Assembly: GCA_016183535.1 (NCBI GenBank)
Contig: JACPEK010000006.1
Coordinates: forward strand, 1-36,014
Source: Candidatus Brennerbacteria bacterium
Lineage (GTDB): Bacteria > Patescibacteriota > Minisyncoccia > UBA6257 > GWB1-50-10
DNA: 36,014 nucleotides
Direction of reading: 5' to 3'
A program made the translations under genes and the position numbers. Every line of letters begins with the position of its first letter. The stretch's first letter is position 1. The notes below the pieces were generated by a model, which did no database searches, was not told the DNA's origin, and was given only the letters and a program-made list of their open reading frames with translations. Positions 8,965 to 18,179 of the stretch are shown piece by piece.

Positions 8965-9147
8965 TTAAAATTTCGAGTTTCGAGTCTCTGATTTGCGTCG
9001 CACATATGCTCCGCACTGCGGACAAGCGCGATGACCAAAAGTAGGCCCTTTACACGAGGGACATACCAGGATCGCGCGCTTCTTCATCGCGAGTTGCGAG
9101 CGTCGCCGCCCGACTTTCGATTTTGAATGATGGCTTAGTCGCGTCAT
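8965..9147 (-). CDS. rpmF: 50S ribosomal protein L32
   Basis: SKSKVGRRRS, CPSC...HRACPQCGAY. Confidence 0.9.
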   Translation of the reverse strand: MTRLSHHSKSKVGRRRSQLAMKKRAILVCPSCKGPTFGHRACPQCGAYVRRKSETRNSKF

Positions 9148-9785
9148 ATGGTTCTTACTTTAAGAAAATTTTTGAGAAAGGTCAAACGGTGTACGGCGGA
9201 CGGGCCATGCCGCGCGAGCGCACGGCGATGAAGGTCGGTGCCATAACCTTTATGCGCCGCGAAGCCGTAGGCGGGGTAGCGCGCATGGAGCCGCGCCATC
9301 GCGCGATCACGCGTTACCTTTGCCACGATGGACGCGAGTTGTATCTCGGAAACTTTCTCGTCCCCCCGCACTATCGTAAGAGTCACACGCGGCGTCAATC
9401 CGTCATGCGGACTAATAAAAAGCCCCCCGTCCAGAAGAACGGCGAGCGACGAAGGCGTGAGTTCGGCGGTCGCGACCAAACGTTCATAGGCGCGCGTGGC
9501 GGCAAGGTTCGCCGCGTTCGTGATGTTCACGCGATCCACGGTGCGTGGCAAGACCCGCGCGGTCGCGAATACCACATTTCCCGCACGCGCATGTTCCCGT
9601 ACCGTTTCGAACCAACATTCCCGCGCGCGAAGCGTAAGGCGCTTGGAATCACGGAGGGGGGCACGCGGCGCTTCTTTGAAAAACCGCTTCCGATCCAAAA
9701 AAGCGAACGCCGCCACCGTCACCGAACCGCACAAGGCCCCGCGCCCCACTTCATCCACGCCGATCACCAAGTGTTTTTTCTCCAT
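9144..9785 (-). CDS. rnhB: Ribonuclease HII
   Basis: GVDEVGRG, DSKRL, ASIVAKVTRD, HKGYGT, HRLTF; start moved to ATG 9785. Confidence 0.95.
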   Translation of the reverse strand: MEKKHLVIGVDEVGRGALCGSVTVAAFAFLDRKRFFKEAPRAPLRDSKRLTLRARECWFETVREHARAGNVVFATARVLPRTVDRVNITNAANLAATRAYERLVATAELTPSSLAVLLDGGLFISPHDGLTPRVTLTIVRGDEKVSEIQLASIVAKVTRDRAMARLHARYPAYGFAAHKGYGTDLHRRALARHGPSAVHRLTFLKNFLKVRTI

Positions 9786-9945
9786 CGCTTTACATTCTAC
9801 CGCAGACGGTTTGATTTCGTGAGTTGTCCACCTTGCCGCGTGGCGTGGCAACTTTTTAAAATGTCCTTGCTTTATGAAATTCGTCCACCCCACACCCCCT
9901 CTCGCTCCGCTCGAATAATACGCGGACAAGTCCTCATATTTAACT

Positions 9946-12900
9946 ATGTCAAAATTCACTCACCTTCACGTACACAGCCACTATTCGTTGCTCGACGGAC
10001 TCACAAAAATTGACGACCTCGTCGCGCGCGCCAAAGAGCTCGGCATGCACGCGATCGCCCTGACCGACCACGGTAATCTCTACGGCGCCGTGGAATTTTT
10101 CAAAGCGGCGCGCGCGGCGGGGGTGAAGCCCATCCTCGGCGTTGAAGTATATGTTGCGCCCCACGGTCGGCTCTCCAAACGCCCGAGGATGGACGAAACG
10201 CGTTATCACCTTACACTCCTCGCAAAAAACGAAACGGGCTGGAAAAATTTGATCGCGCTCGTCACGCAGTCATACCTCGAGGGGTTCTACTACAAACCGC
10301 GCGTGGACCGCGAACTCCTCGCCGCGCGCGCGGCGGGACTCGTATGTCTCTCGGGGTGCGTATCAAGCGAACTCGCGCGGCATCTTTCCGCAAAACGATT
10401 CGTCGACGCGGAGGAAACCGCCGCGTGGCATAAAAAAGTTTTCGGCGACGATTACTATCTTGAAATACAGCCGCACGATCCGTCGCTTTGGGAATCCACC
10501 GCCGCGCTTGGAAAAAAACTTGTGATTCCGCTCGTCGCCACTGCGGACGCCCACTACCTCACAAAAGACGACAAAACGGCGCACGAAATTCTCCTCGCGG
10601 TACAAACCAACGCAAAACTCGACGACGAGGATCGGTTGTCTTTGAAGGACTACGACGTTTCACTTACGAGTCCGGAAAAAATGGCGGAGATATTCCGCGA
10701 CTATCCCGCAGCGGTGACAAACACGCTCCGAATCGCCGACGCCTGCACGGTCGAACTCGAGTTAGGCAAGACAAAGCTTCCCAAGTTTCCGTTCCCGCCA
10801 GAATTTACTTCGTCGTTCGATTACCTCAAAGCGTTGGTCGAGGAGCGGCTCTCCCGCCGTTATGCCGAAATCGGTCCCGAGATCCGCGATCGCATTGAAA
10901 TGGAGCTCGCAGTCATTGAAAAGACGGGTTTTGCGGATTACTTTCTGATTGTCGCAGATTTTGTGAACTGGGCGAAAACCCATGGCATTGTGGTGGGTCC
11001 TGGCCGAGGCTCGGCCGCCGGAAGCATCATTTCCTACATAGTGGGAATCACGAACGTCGAGCCCTTGCGATACCGTCTCCTCTTCGAGCGGTTTCTGAAC
11101 CCAGACCGCATCCAGGTACCCGACATTGATATTGACTTCACCGACACCCGCCGCGACGAGGTGGTGGCATACGTGCGCGAAAAGTATGGAGCCGACAAGG
11201 TGGCGCAGATCATCACATTCGGAACTATGATGGCCCGGGCGGCGATCCGCGACACGGCCCGGGCGATGGGTCTCCCCTACGGCACGGGCGACCGGCTCGC
11301 AAAACTCATTCCGTTCAACGCCACGATCGGGGAAGCGCTTGAGATCGTCCCCGAACTCAAGACCGCATATGCCGAAGAAACCGAGACGAAGCGGCTCCTT
11401 GACGCCGCGGTGAAGCTTGAGGGCGTCGCGCGGCATGCCTCGGTGCATGCCTGCGGGGTCGTGATTTCGTCCGAAGCGCTCACAAACTTTGTACCCCTCC
11501 AAAGGGCGCCGCAGGGAGAGAATACCGTCATCACGCAGTTCGAGATGCATTCGATTGAAGACTTGGGACTCCTGAAGATGGATTTTTTGGGGCTTAAAAA
11601 CCTTACTATCATCGAGCGTACGCTCCGCCTGGTAAAAGAACTCCACGGCGAGGAGGTGAACCTCGACATGATTCCCCTGGATGACACACGAACATTCGAA
11701 GTATTGCGCAGGGGTGAGACTACCGGCATCTTCCAGCTTGAGGGCTCCGGCATGACACGGTACTTGAAAGACCTCAAACCCACCGAGCTTGAAGACGTGA
11801 TCGCGATGATCGCACTCTACCGTCCTGGACCGATGGAACTTATCCCGCACTTCATCCATCGCAAACACGGCAGGGAACAAATCACCTATCTCCATCCGCG
11901 CCTCGAACCGATTTTGAAAAATACCTACGGCGTCGGAGTTTACCAGGAGCAAATGATGCAGATCGCGCGCGACCTCGCGGGTTTCACGCTCGCGGAGGCC
12001 GATACGCTTCGCAAGGCGATCGGAAAAAAAATCAAGTCACTCCTCGACGAACAGAAGGAAAAACTCGTGAATGGAATGATCGCAAACGGCATTGACCCGA
12101 AAACCGCTCACGCGATCTGGGAGCTCTTCCCGCCTTTCGCGCGCTACGGCTTTAACCGCAGTCACGCCGCGTGTTATGCCGTGGTCAGCTATCAAACCGC
12201 TTACCTTAAAGCTCACTATCCCGTGGAGTTCATGGTCGCGCTCCTCGACACCTCTTCCGGCGACCTCGATCGCATCACCTTCCTCGTCGGCGAGGCAAAA
12301 CGGCTTCAGATCCCCGTGCTTCCCCCGGATGTAAACATGAGCGCGCAGAATTTTACCGTTGACGAAGAAGCGAGAGGAATCCGTTTCGGTCTCCTCGCAA
12401 TCAAAAATCTCGGAGCCAACATCGTAGCGGCCGTAATTGACGAGCGCACGCGCGGCGGCCCGTACGAATCGCTCTCGCAGTTCCTCACGCGCGTCCAACA
12501 CCGCGACATGAATAAAAAGTCGCTTGAGTCGCTTATCAAGTCCGGCGCGTTTGATTCTTTAGGTATGGAACGCGGACAGGCTCTTGATAACATCGAGGAT
12601 TTGGTGCGCTTCAACCAAACCGCAAAGCGGCTTGCGTCGTCGAACCAATCGTCGCTCTTCGGTTCCACCGCAAGTTTCGCCTCGTTCCGCATGAGACCAG
12701 GAAAGTCGGCCGACAAGGGGCTTATGCTCACGTGGGAAAAAGAGCTCCTCGGTCTCTATCTCACCGACCATCCATGGAACGCCTACCTCGCGAAGCTCGG
12801 GAGCGCGGTGAAGCCTATCAAGGAGACGGTGCAGGCTCATCCGGAAGATCGGAGTAGAAACCGCGAGAGGAACGGAAACGGCGCGCGTTTGCGCCTCGCT

Positions 12901-13131
12901 GGCATCATTGCGGGCGTACAGAGGATCACCACGAAGAAAGGTCAGCCGATGCTTTTCGTAACACTCGAGGATTTGTCGGACAATCTCGAGGTCATGGTCT
13001 TCGCGGACACCTTGGCGAAACATCCCCTTATATGGCAGGAGAATCGGGCCGTGCTATTGACCGGCCGCCTTTCGTGGCGCGACGGCGAACCGAAGCTTAT
13101 CTGCGACGAGGTAAAGGAGTTGCAGGCATAA
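9946..13131 (+). CDS. dnaE: DNA polymerase III alpha subunit
   Basis: HLHVHSHYSLLDG, GPGRGSAAGS, PDIDIDF, YGFNRSHA, C-terminal OB fold; no intein visible. Confidence 0.98.
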   Translation: MSKFTHLHVHSHYSLLDGLTKIDDLVARAKELGMHAIALTDHGNLYGAVEFFKAARAAGVKPILGVEVYVAPHGRLSKRPRMDETRYHLTLLAKNETGWKNLIALVTQSYLEGFYYKPRVDRELLAARAAGLVCLSGCVSSELARHLSAKRFVDAEETAAWHKKVFGDDYYLEIQPHDPSLWESTAALGKKLVIPLVATADAHYLTKDDKTAHEILLAVQTNAKLDDEDRLSLKDYDVSLTSPEKMAEIFRDYPAAVTNTLRIADACTVELELGKTKLPKFPFPPEFTSSFDYLKALVEERLSRRYAEIGPEIRDRIEMELAVIEKTGFADYFLIVADFVNWAKTHGIVVGPGRGSAAGSIISYIVGITNVEPLRYRLLFERFLNPDRIQVPDIDIDFTDTRRDEVVAYVREKYGADKVAQIITFGTMMARAAIRDTARAMGLPYGTGDRLAKLIPFNATIGEALEIVPELKTAYAEETETKRLLDAAVKLEGVARHASVHACGVVISSEALTNFVPLQRAPQGENTVITQFEMHSIEDLGLLKMDFLGLKNLTIIERTLRLVKELHGEEVNLDMIPLDDTRTFEVLRRGETTGIFQLEGSGMTRYLKDLKPTELEDVIAMIALYRPGPMELIPHFIHRKHGREQITYLHPRLEPILKNTYGVGVYQEQMMQIARDLAGFTLAEADTLRKAIGKKIKSLLDEQKEKLVNGMIANGIDPKTAHAIWELFPPFARYGFNRSHAACYAVVSYQTAYLKAHYPVEFMVALLDTSSGDLDRITFLVGEAKRLQIPVLPPDVNMSAQNFTVDEEARGIRFGLLAIKNLGANIVAAVIDERTRGGPYESLSQFLTRVQHRDMNKKSLESLIKSGAFDSLGMERGQALDNIEDLVRFNQTAKRLASSNQSSLFGSTASFASFRMRPGKSADKGLMLTWEKELLGLYLTDHPWNAYLAKLGSAVKPIKETVQAHPEDRSRNRERNGNGARLRLAGIIAGVQRITTKKGQPMLFVTLEDLSDNLEVMVFADTLAKHPLIWQENRAVLLTGRLSWRDGEPKLICDEVKELQA

Positions 13132-13174
13132 AAAGCCTTAAAAAATTTAACGAGGGCGCCTTTCAATAAAGCAG

Positions 13175-13201
13175 AAAGCGCTCATCATTTATGAGCGCTT
13201 T
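13175..13201. terminator. Hairpin/terminator between convergent genes
   Basis: AAAGCGCTCAT-CATTT-ATGAGCGCTTT. Confidence 0.6.
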
Positions 13202-13544
13202 GGTTTTGCCGGCGACGCACCAGCGTGGTAAGAAATTTTTTCGCGGCGGGTATGTTCCCGCTCGAGAGGAGCCGTCCAAGTGTCCGCTCTTTCGTCCCGC
13301 GCCCGTTCGCTTCCATGAAGGGGGCAAGCGCCTCAAGAATGAGCGACGTGGCAATCTTCGGATTTTTCGCCAGCTTCGGAAAGTGTTCAACCGAAACGGC
13401 CCGATAAATTCCATTCAACACTCCCTCTATTTTTTCGCATTTCCGGCGGAACTCCCTCCTGAAACGCAAAACGCTTACGATGTTCCACGCCATAACGACC
13501 AGAAGAAAGACCGTTAAGACAAAGACCGCAATGCGCATTTCCAT
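13185..13544 (-). CDS. Hypothetical protein, N-terminal TM helix
   Basis: GGAGG SD upstream of ATG 13544; MEMRIAVFVLTVFLLVVMAW... Confidence 0.65.
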   Translation of the reverse strand: MEMRIAVFVLTVFLLVVMAWNIVSVLRFRREFRRKCEKIEGVLNGIYRAVSVEHFPKLAKNPKIATSLILEALAPFMEANGRGTKERTLGRLLSSGNIPAAKKFLTTLVRRRQNQSAHK

Positions 13545-13661
13545 TACCAGCCTCCATTGTTTATGTGTTATGAAAGTACCTTTTCTATTGAATAACACAA
13601 ATTCCGGCGGCGCGTCAATCTAAATGTGCGTTTGCCCGCACGATCGGATATAATGAAACCA

Positions 13662-15461
13662 ATGCGCAACGAAAAAAATAAAATCGACAACGTCCGGCAT
13701 TCCCTCGCGCACCTCTTGGCGTGCGCCGTTCTCCAAAAATATCCAAAAGCGAAGCTCGGAATAGGACCAACGATTGAGCATGGTTTTTACTACGACATCT
13801 TGTTCACAAATACGCACGAATCGGGCCACAAATTGGCACGAATCACTGATGCTGATTTCCCGGAGCTTGAAAAAACGATGCGGAAGCTTATTGCGCAGAA
13901 ACTCCCTTTTTCCGGCAGGAAAGTGACGCTCGCGGAAGCGAAAAAAATATTTAAGGACCAGCCGTTCAAACTCGATCTCATCAAAGCATTTACGAGTCCG
14001 CCAGCTGGCGGAAAGAAACAACCATTGACGGTCTACAAAACCGGAGAAGTATTTCTCGATTTATGCAGAGGAGGACATGTAAAAAATACTTCCGAGATTG
14101 ACCCCGACGCTTTCACACTTACCCATCTCGCGGGCGCGTACTGGCGCGGGAGCGAGAAGAATCCCCAACTTACCCGCATTTACGGCCTCGCGTTCAACAC
14201 GAAGAAAGAGCTTGATACGCATCTCGCGATGCTCGACGAGGCGAAAAAGCGCGACCACCGAAAGCTTGGTGTGGAGCTTGAACTCTTCACTTTCGACGAG
14301 CGTGTGGGGAAGGGACTCCCGCTTTGGCTCCCGAAAGGAACCGCGGTAAAAAACGAGATTGAACGTCTCGCAATGGAGAAAGAGGAGCAATACGGTTATG
14401 TTCGCGTCTCAACGCCGCACCTCGCGAAGCAATCCCTCTACGAAACCTCGGGCCACCTTCCTTACTACGCGGACGGCATGTACCCACCTATGAAAATGGA
14501 CGATGGCGCATACTACCTGAAGGCAATGAACTGTCCCCACCATCACGTGATCTACGCAAGCCGCTCTCGGAGCTACCGTGACCTTCCGCTCCGCCTCGCG
14601 GAATACGGCACCGTGTACCGGAATGAGCTTTCGGGTACCTTGGCGGGGCTTCTGCGGGTTCGGATGCTCTCGATGAACGACGCGCATATTTATTGCCGCA
14701 AAGACCAGATCGAGGAAGAATTCAAGCGCGTACTCGCGCTCAACCTCGAGTATTTTAAACTCTTCGGCCTCAAAAACTATTCGTTCCGCCTTTCCCTCGG
14801 CGATCCGAAAAACAAAGAAAAATTTGTGAACGAGCCGGCGAACTGGAAATATGCCGAAGGCGTGCTCCGCAAGATTCTCAAAGCGTCCGGCGTGAAGTTC
14901 GCGGAAACAAGGGGTGAGGCCGCGTTCTACGGGCCTAAAGTGGATGTGCAATTCACTTCGGTGATCGGCCGCGAGGAAACGATGTCCACTATCCAGCTCG
15001 ACTTCGCGGCGAAGAAACGCTTCAACCTCGCGTATCAAGACAAGGGCGGCAAAGAAAATCACGAGGTTTTTGTGATCCATCGCGCACCACTCTCGACTCA
15101 CGAACGCTTCATGGCGTTCCTCTTGGAGCACTATGCGGGTGATTTTCCCGTATGGCTCGCACCTGTGCAAGTAAAAGTGCTCCCCGTCGCCAACGCGCAC
15201 ACGGCGTATGCGGAAAAAGTGTTCGCGGCGCTCATAGAACGGCGCATCCGCGCGGAACTGTCCCCTGCCAATGAAACGCTCGGTAGGCGCATCCGCGCCG
15301 CGGAGCTCCAGAAAATTCCCTATCTTCTCGTCGTGGGAGAAAAAGAGCAGTCCGCACAATCAGTGAACGTGAGAAAACGACACGAGAAAGAAACAAAAAA
15401 CGTATCGCTGGAGCGGTTTACTAAAACGCTCGCCGAAACAATAGCGGCGAGGAAAGAGTAG
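13662..15461 (+). CDS. thrS: Threonine--tRNA ligase (no TGS domain)
   Basis: RHSLAHLLA, DLCRGGH, KAMNCPHH, GLLRVR, FYGPKVD, IHRAPL; start placed 7 nt after TATAAT. Confidence 0.97.
   Translation: MRNEKNKIDNVRHSLAHLLACAVLQKYPKAKLGIGPTIEHGFYYDILFTNTHESGHKLARITDADFPELEKTMRKLIAQKLPFSGRKVTLAEAKKIFKDQPFKLDLIKAFTSPPAGGKKQPLTVYKTGEVFLDLCRGGHVKNTSEIDPDAFTLTHLAGAYWRGSEKNPQLTRIYGLAFNTKKELDTHLAMLDEAKKRDHRKLGVELELFTFDERVGKGLPLWLPKGTAVKNEIERLAMEKEEQYGYVRVSTPHLAKQSLYETSGHLPYYADGMYPPMKMDDGAYYLKAMNCPHHHVIYASRSRSYRDLPLRLAEYGTVYRNELSGTLAGLLRVRMLSMNDAHIYCRKDQIEEEFKRVLALNLEYFKLFGLKNYSFRLSLGDPKNKEKFVNEPANWKYAEGVLRKILKASGVKFAETRGEAAFYGPKVDVQFTSVIGREETMSTIQLDFAAKKRFNLAYQDKGGKENHEVFVIHRAPLSTHERFMAFLLEHYAGDFPVWLAPVQVKVLPVANAHTAYAEKVFAALIERRIRAELSPANETLGRRIRAAELQKIPYLLVVGEKEQSAQSVNVRKRHEKETKNVSLERFTKTLAETIAARKE
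13997..14012. repeat. 16-bp palindrome TCCGCCAGCTGGCGGA, copy inside thrS
   Basis: Identical copies at 27791-27806 and 30253-30268. Confidence 0.9.
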
Positions 15462-15536
15462 CCCGCAGAAGACCGAAAAGAAGATAACAAAAACTCCGGC
15501 GACGTAACGCCTCCGGAGCGCGAATGGATCCGCGAG

Positions 15537-15677
15537 TCAAACTTCTTGAAGATCGGTTCCGCCGTTTCCTGCGGCGACAAATATCCGTTCCCTCCGTTTC
15601 GCGGTGCGGAAGGAGAGGCCCACAACGACGATAGCGACCGCCGCGGCGGCAATCGTAAGTGCAATCCACGTTTTCAT
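15537..15677 (-). CDS. Small single-TM protein (46 aa), below the ORF-track cutoff
   Basis: MKTWIALTIAAAAVAIVVVGLSFRTAKRRERIFVAAGNGGTDLQEV*; GGAGG just upstream; fills the thrS-miaA gap; hairpin downstream at ~15493-15517. Confidence 0.6.
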   Translation of the reverse strand: MKTWIALTIAAAAVAIVVVGLSFRTAKRRERIFVAAGNGGTDLQEV

Positions 15678-15715
15678 TTTTCCCTCCACGAAAACTGATG
15701 CTAGTATCAAAGAAA

Positions 15716-16606
15716 ATGGTTATCGAGTCAAATCGCCGTCTGCCCGCCCTCATTGCCATCGTGGGCGCAACGGGAACCGGGAAAAGTGCGCTCGCTGTCG
15801 CGCTCGCAAAACAATTCGGCGGCGAGATAATATCGGCCGATTCACGCCAAGTCTACCGCGATCTCAACATAGGCACGGGAAAGCTCACTAAGCACGAGAT
15901 GCGCGGCCTTCCCCATCATCTTCTCGATGTGACGTCGCTCCGCCGCACCTATACGGCACAGCAATACCAGCGCACCGCGCAACGAGTGATCAAAAAGGTT
16001 TGGCGACGGGGCAAACTTCCCATTCTCTGCGGCGGCACGGGACTTTACGTGAACGCCGTTCTGAACGGTACGGTGTTCCCCGAAGTACCGCCAAACCGCA
16101 CCCTACGGAGCGAACTTAAAAAAAAGAAAATCGAGGAGCTTTTTACACTTCTCAAAAAAAAGGACCCGCGGCGCGCAAGAGAGATTGATCGTCATAATCC
16201 GCGCCGACTTATTCGGGCGCTTGAAATCGTCGAAGCGCAGGGAAAGGTGCCGGCGGCGCGCGCAAAACCCATCGAAGCCCGCACGCTCATCATCGGTCTC
16301 GCACTTCCCACTGAAACGCTCGAGCGGCGCACCCGCGCGCGCATTCAGTCATGGCTCCGTCGCGGATTACTCCGAGAAACCGTGGACGTGCCACAACGAC
16401 ACATCTCCGAACTCGGCCTCGTCTATCGATGGGCTCTGCGTTTCGCCCGGAATGAGATTCCACGGGCGGCGTTCATTGAGGGTCTCACTCATAATCTGCT
16501 GGCATACGCAAAACGTCAGCAACGCTGGTTCGAGCGCGATCCCCGCGTCATATGGGTCGCACACAAAAGAGAAGCGTTACTGCTCGCCAAGCGCTTCCTC
16601 AAGTAG
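15716..16606 (+). CDS. miaA: tRNA dimethylallyltransferase
   Basis: GATGTGKS, ISADSRQVY, GGTGLY, YAKRQQRWF. Confidence 0.96.
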   Translation: MVIESNRRLPALIAIVGATGTGKSALAVALAKQFGGEIISADSRQVYRDLNIGTGKLTKHEMRGLPHHLLDVTSLRRTYTAQQYQRTAQRVIKKVWRRGKLPILCGGTGLYVNAVLNGTVFPEVPPNRTLRSELKKKKIEELFTLLKKKDPRRAREIDRHNPRRLIRALEIVEAQGKVPAARAKPIEARTLIIGLALPTETLERRTRARIQSWLRRGLLRETVDVPQRHISELGLVYRWALRFARNEIPRAAFIEGLTHNLLAYAKRQQRWFERDPRVIWVAHKREALLLAKRFLK

Positions 16607-18022
16607 CGAGCGGAGCGCGTCGGGACTCGCCTGCCCGCCGGTCTTCGCCATACCACACCCCACGAGAAACTGGAGGGCGTTTTCTTTTCCTTTCCGATAA
16701 TCTTCCGTCGCCTTTGGATTCGCGGCCACCACTTCTTCCACCACGCCTTTGAGCTCGGCCGCGTCAGCAATAAGCCGCTTGCCGCTCTTCACTATAAGTG
16801 TCTCCGGATCCTCGCCCGTTTCAAGCATCTCGGCGAGAAAATTTTTTGCGAGGCGGCTTGAGAGTTTTTTCTCGTCCGCAAACGCCACGAGATGCGCAAA
16901 ATGCTCGGGCGTCATTTTCAAATCGGCAAATTCCAGTTTTTTTTCTCTCAAAAGCCCCTGGAGGTCGCTCGTGAAATAATTGGTGAGTCGTTGATAGTTG
17001 GTAGCGGGTAGTTTTTCTTTCAACTCGCTTGCGGCCGCTTCGAAAAAATCGGCGTAGGGCGGCTCGTCGGCAAAAAACTCCGCCGTTTCGGGAAGGAGCC
17101 CAAATTCGATCTCGAATCGGCGCCGTTTTGCTTCGGGAAGTTCCGGAAGCTCTCGCTGGAGAGTTTCAAGATCCCACTTCGTAAGGTCCAAGGGCGGAAT
17201 GTCCGGCTCCGGAAAATATCGGTAATCATGCGCGGATTCCTTCGAGCGCTGGCTCTCGGTCTCGCCCGTCTTATCGTTCCATCCGCGCGTCTCTTGCGTC
17301 ACGCTCTTTCCCGCTTCGAGTAGTTTTTCCTGCCGCGCGAGTTCGTAGGCAATCGCGCCCGCGACGGCGCGGAATGAGTTCAGATTTTTCACCTCCACCT
17401 TTGTACCAAATCCTTCTCCCTCTTTCGCAATGGAAATGTTCACCTCGACCCGCATCTGGCCTTTCTCCATGTCCGCGTCCGAAGCGCCGAGGTAACGAAG
17501 GATGCGCTGAAGTTCCCGCGCAAACGCAACCGCTTCGTCGCCATTCTTCACGTCCGGTTCCGTGACAAGCTCCATAAGCGGCGCACCCGCCCGATTAAAA
17601 TCAACCCACGTGCTCGTTGGCCGTCCTGAATTTATCGAAAAACCATCATCGTGCAAGAGCCGCGCGGTATCTTCTTCAAGATGGATGCGGGTAATCCGGA
17701 TACCGTTCAATGCCCCTCCCGTAACAAGCGGCGCTTCGTATTGAGAGATTTGGTACCCCTTCGGAAGATCGGGATAGAAATAGCTCTTACGGTCGAAATG
17801 CGAGGTTTTCGAGAGTGTCCCGCCGAGCGCGAGCCCCACTTTGAGCACCTTCTTGACCGCCTCTTCATTCGGAACTGAAAGTGTGCCGGGATGGCCGAGA
17901 CAGATGGGACAGGTGCTCCTGTTTGGTTCCTTCTTGTCCGGATCGTTCGGACACGCGCAGAACATTTTCGTTCGGGTTTTTAACTCGGCATGAATTTCCA
18001 AACCGATAGTGGGGAGGTACAT
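16577..18022 (-). CDS. gatB: Asp/Glu-tRNA amidotransferase subunit B
   Basis: IGLEIHAEL, FDRKSYFYPDLPKGYQISQY, YRYFPEPD; start moved to ATG 18022. Confidence 0.97.
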   Translation of the reverse strand: MYLPTIGLEIHAELKTRTKMFCACPNDPDKKEPNRSTCPICLGHPGTLSVPNEEAVKKVLKVGLALGGTLSKTSHFDRKSYFYPDLPKGYQISQYEAPLVTGGALNGIRITRIHLEEDTARLLHDDGFSINSGRPTSTWVDFNRAGAPLMELVTEPDVKNGDEAVAFARELQRILRYLGASDADMEKGQMRVEVNISIAKEGEGFGTKVEVKNLNSFRAVAGAIAYELARQEKLLEAGKSVTQETRGWNDKTGETESQRSKESAHDYRYFPEPDIPPLDLTKWDLETLQRELPELPEAKRRRFEIEFGLLPETAEFFADEPPYADFFEAAASELKEKLPATNYQRLTNYFTSDLQGLLREKKLEFADLKMTPEHFAHLVAFADEKKLSSRLAKNFLAEMLETGEDPETLIVKSGKRLIADAAELKGVVEEVVAANPKATEDYRKGKENALQFLVGCGMAKTGGQASPDALRSLLEEALGEQ

Positions 18023-18081
18023 TGTTCTCATGATACCAACTAAAAAGCTCCTCGACGAGGAGCTTTGCGTGAGCCGAGCAA

Positions 18082-18176
18082 GTCCGGCGTGCTTGCAAAG
18101 AGGGGTAAAAACTTGACCGCCTGCCTGCCGGCAGGTCGCCTTCCCCGGAGACACCCCGATGAGAGGTATGCCGGAC
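18082..18176 (+). ncRNA. Candidate rod-shaped structured RNA (6S-like?)
   Basis: Nested stems GTCCGGCGTGCT/GGTATGCCGGAC, GGGGT/ACCCC and GACC/GGTC around an asymmetric bubble; G-U pairs favour the + strand. Confidence 0.35.
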
Positions 18177-18179
18177 GAG

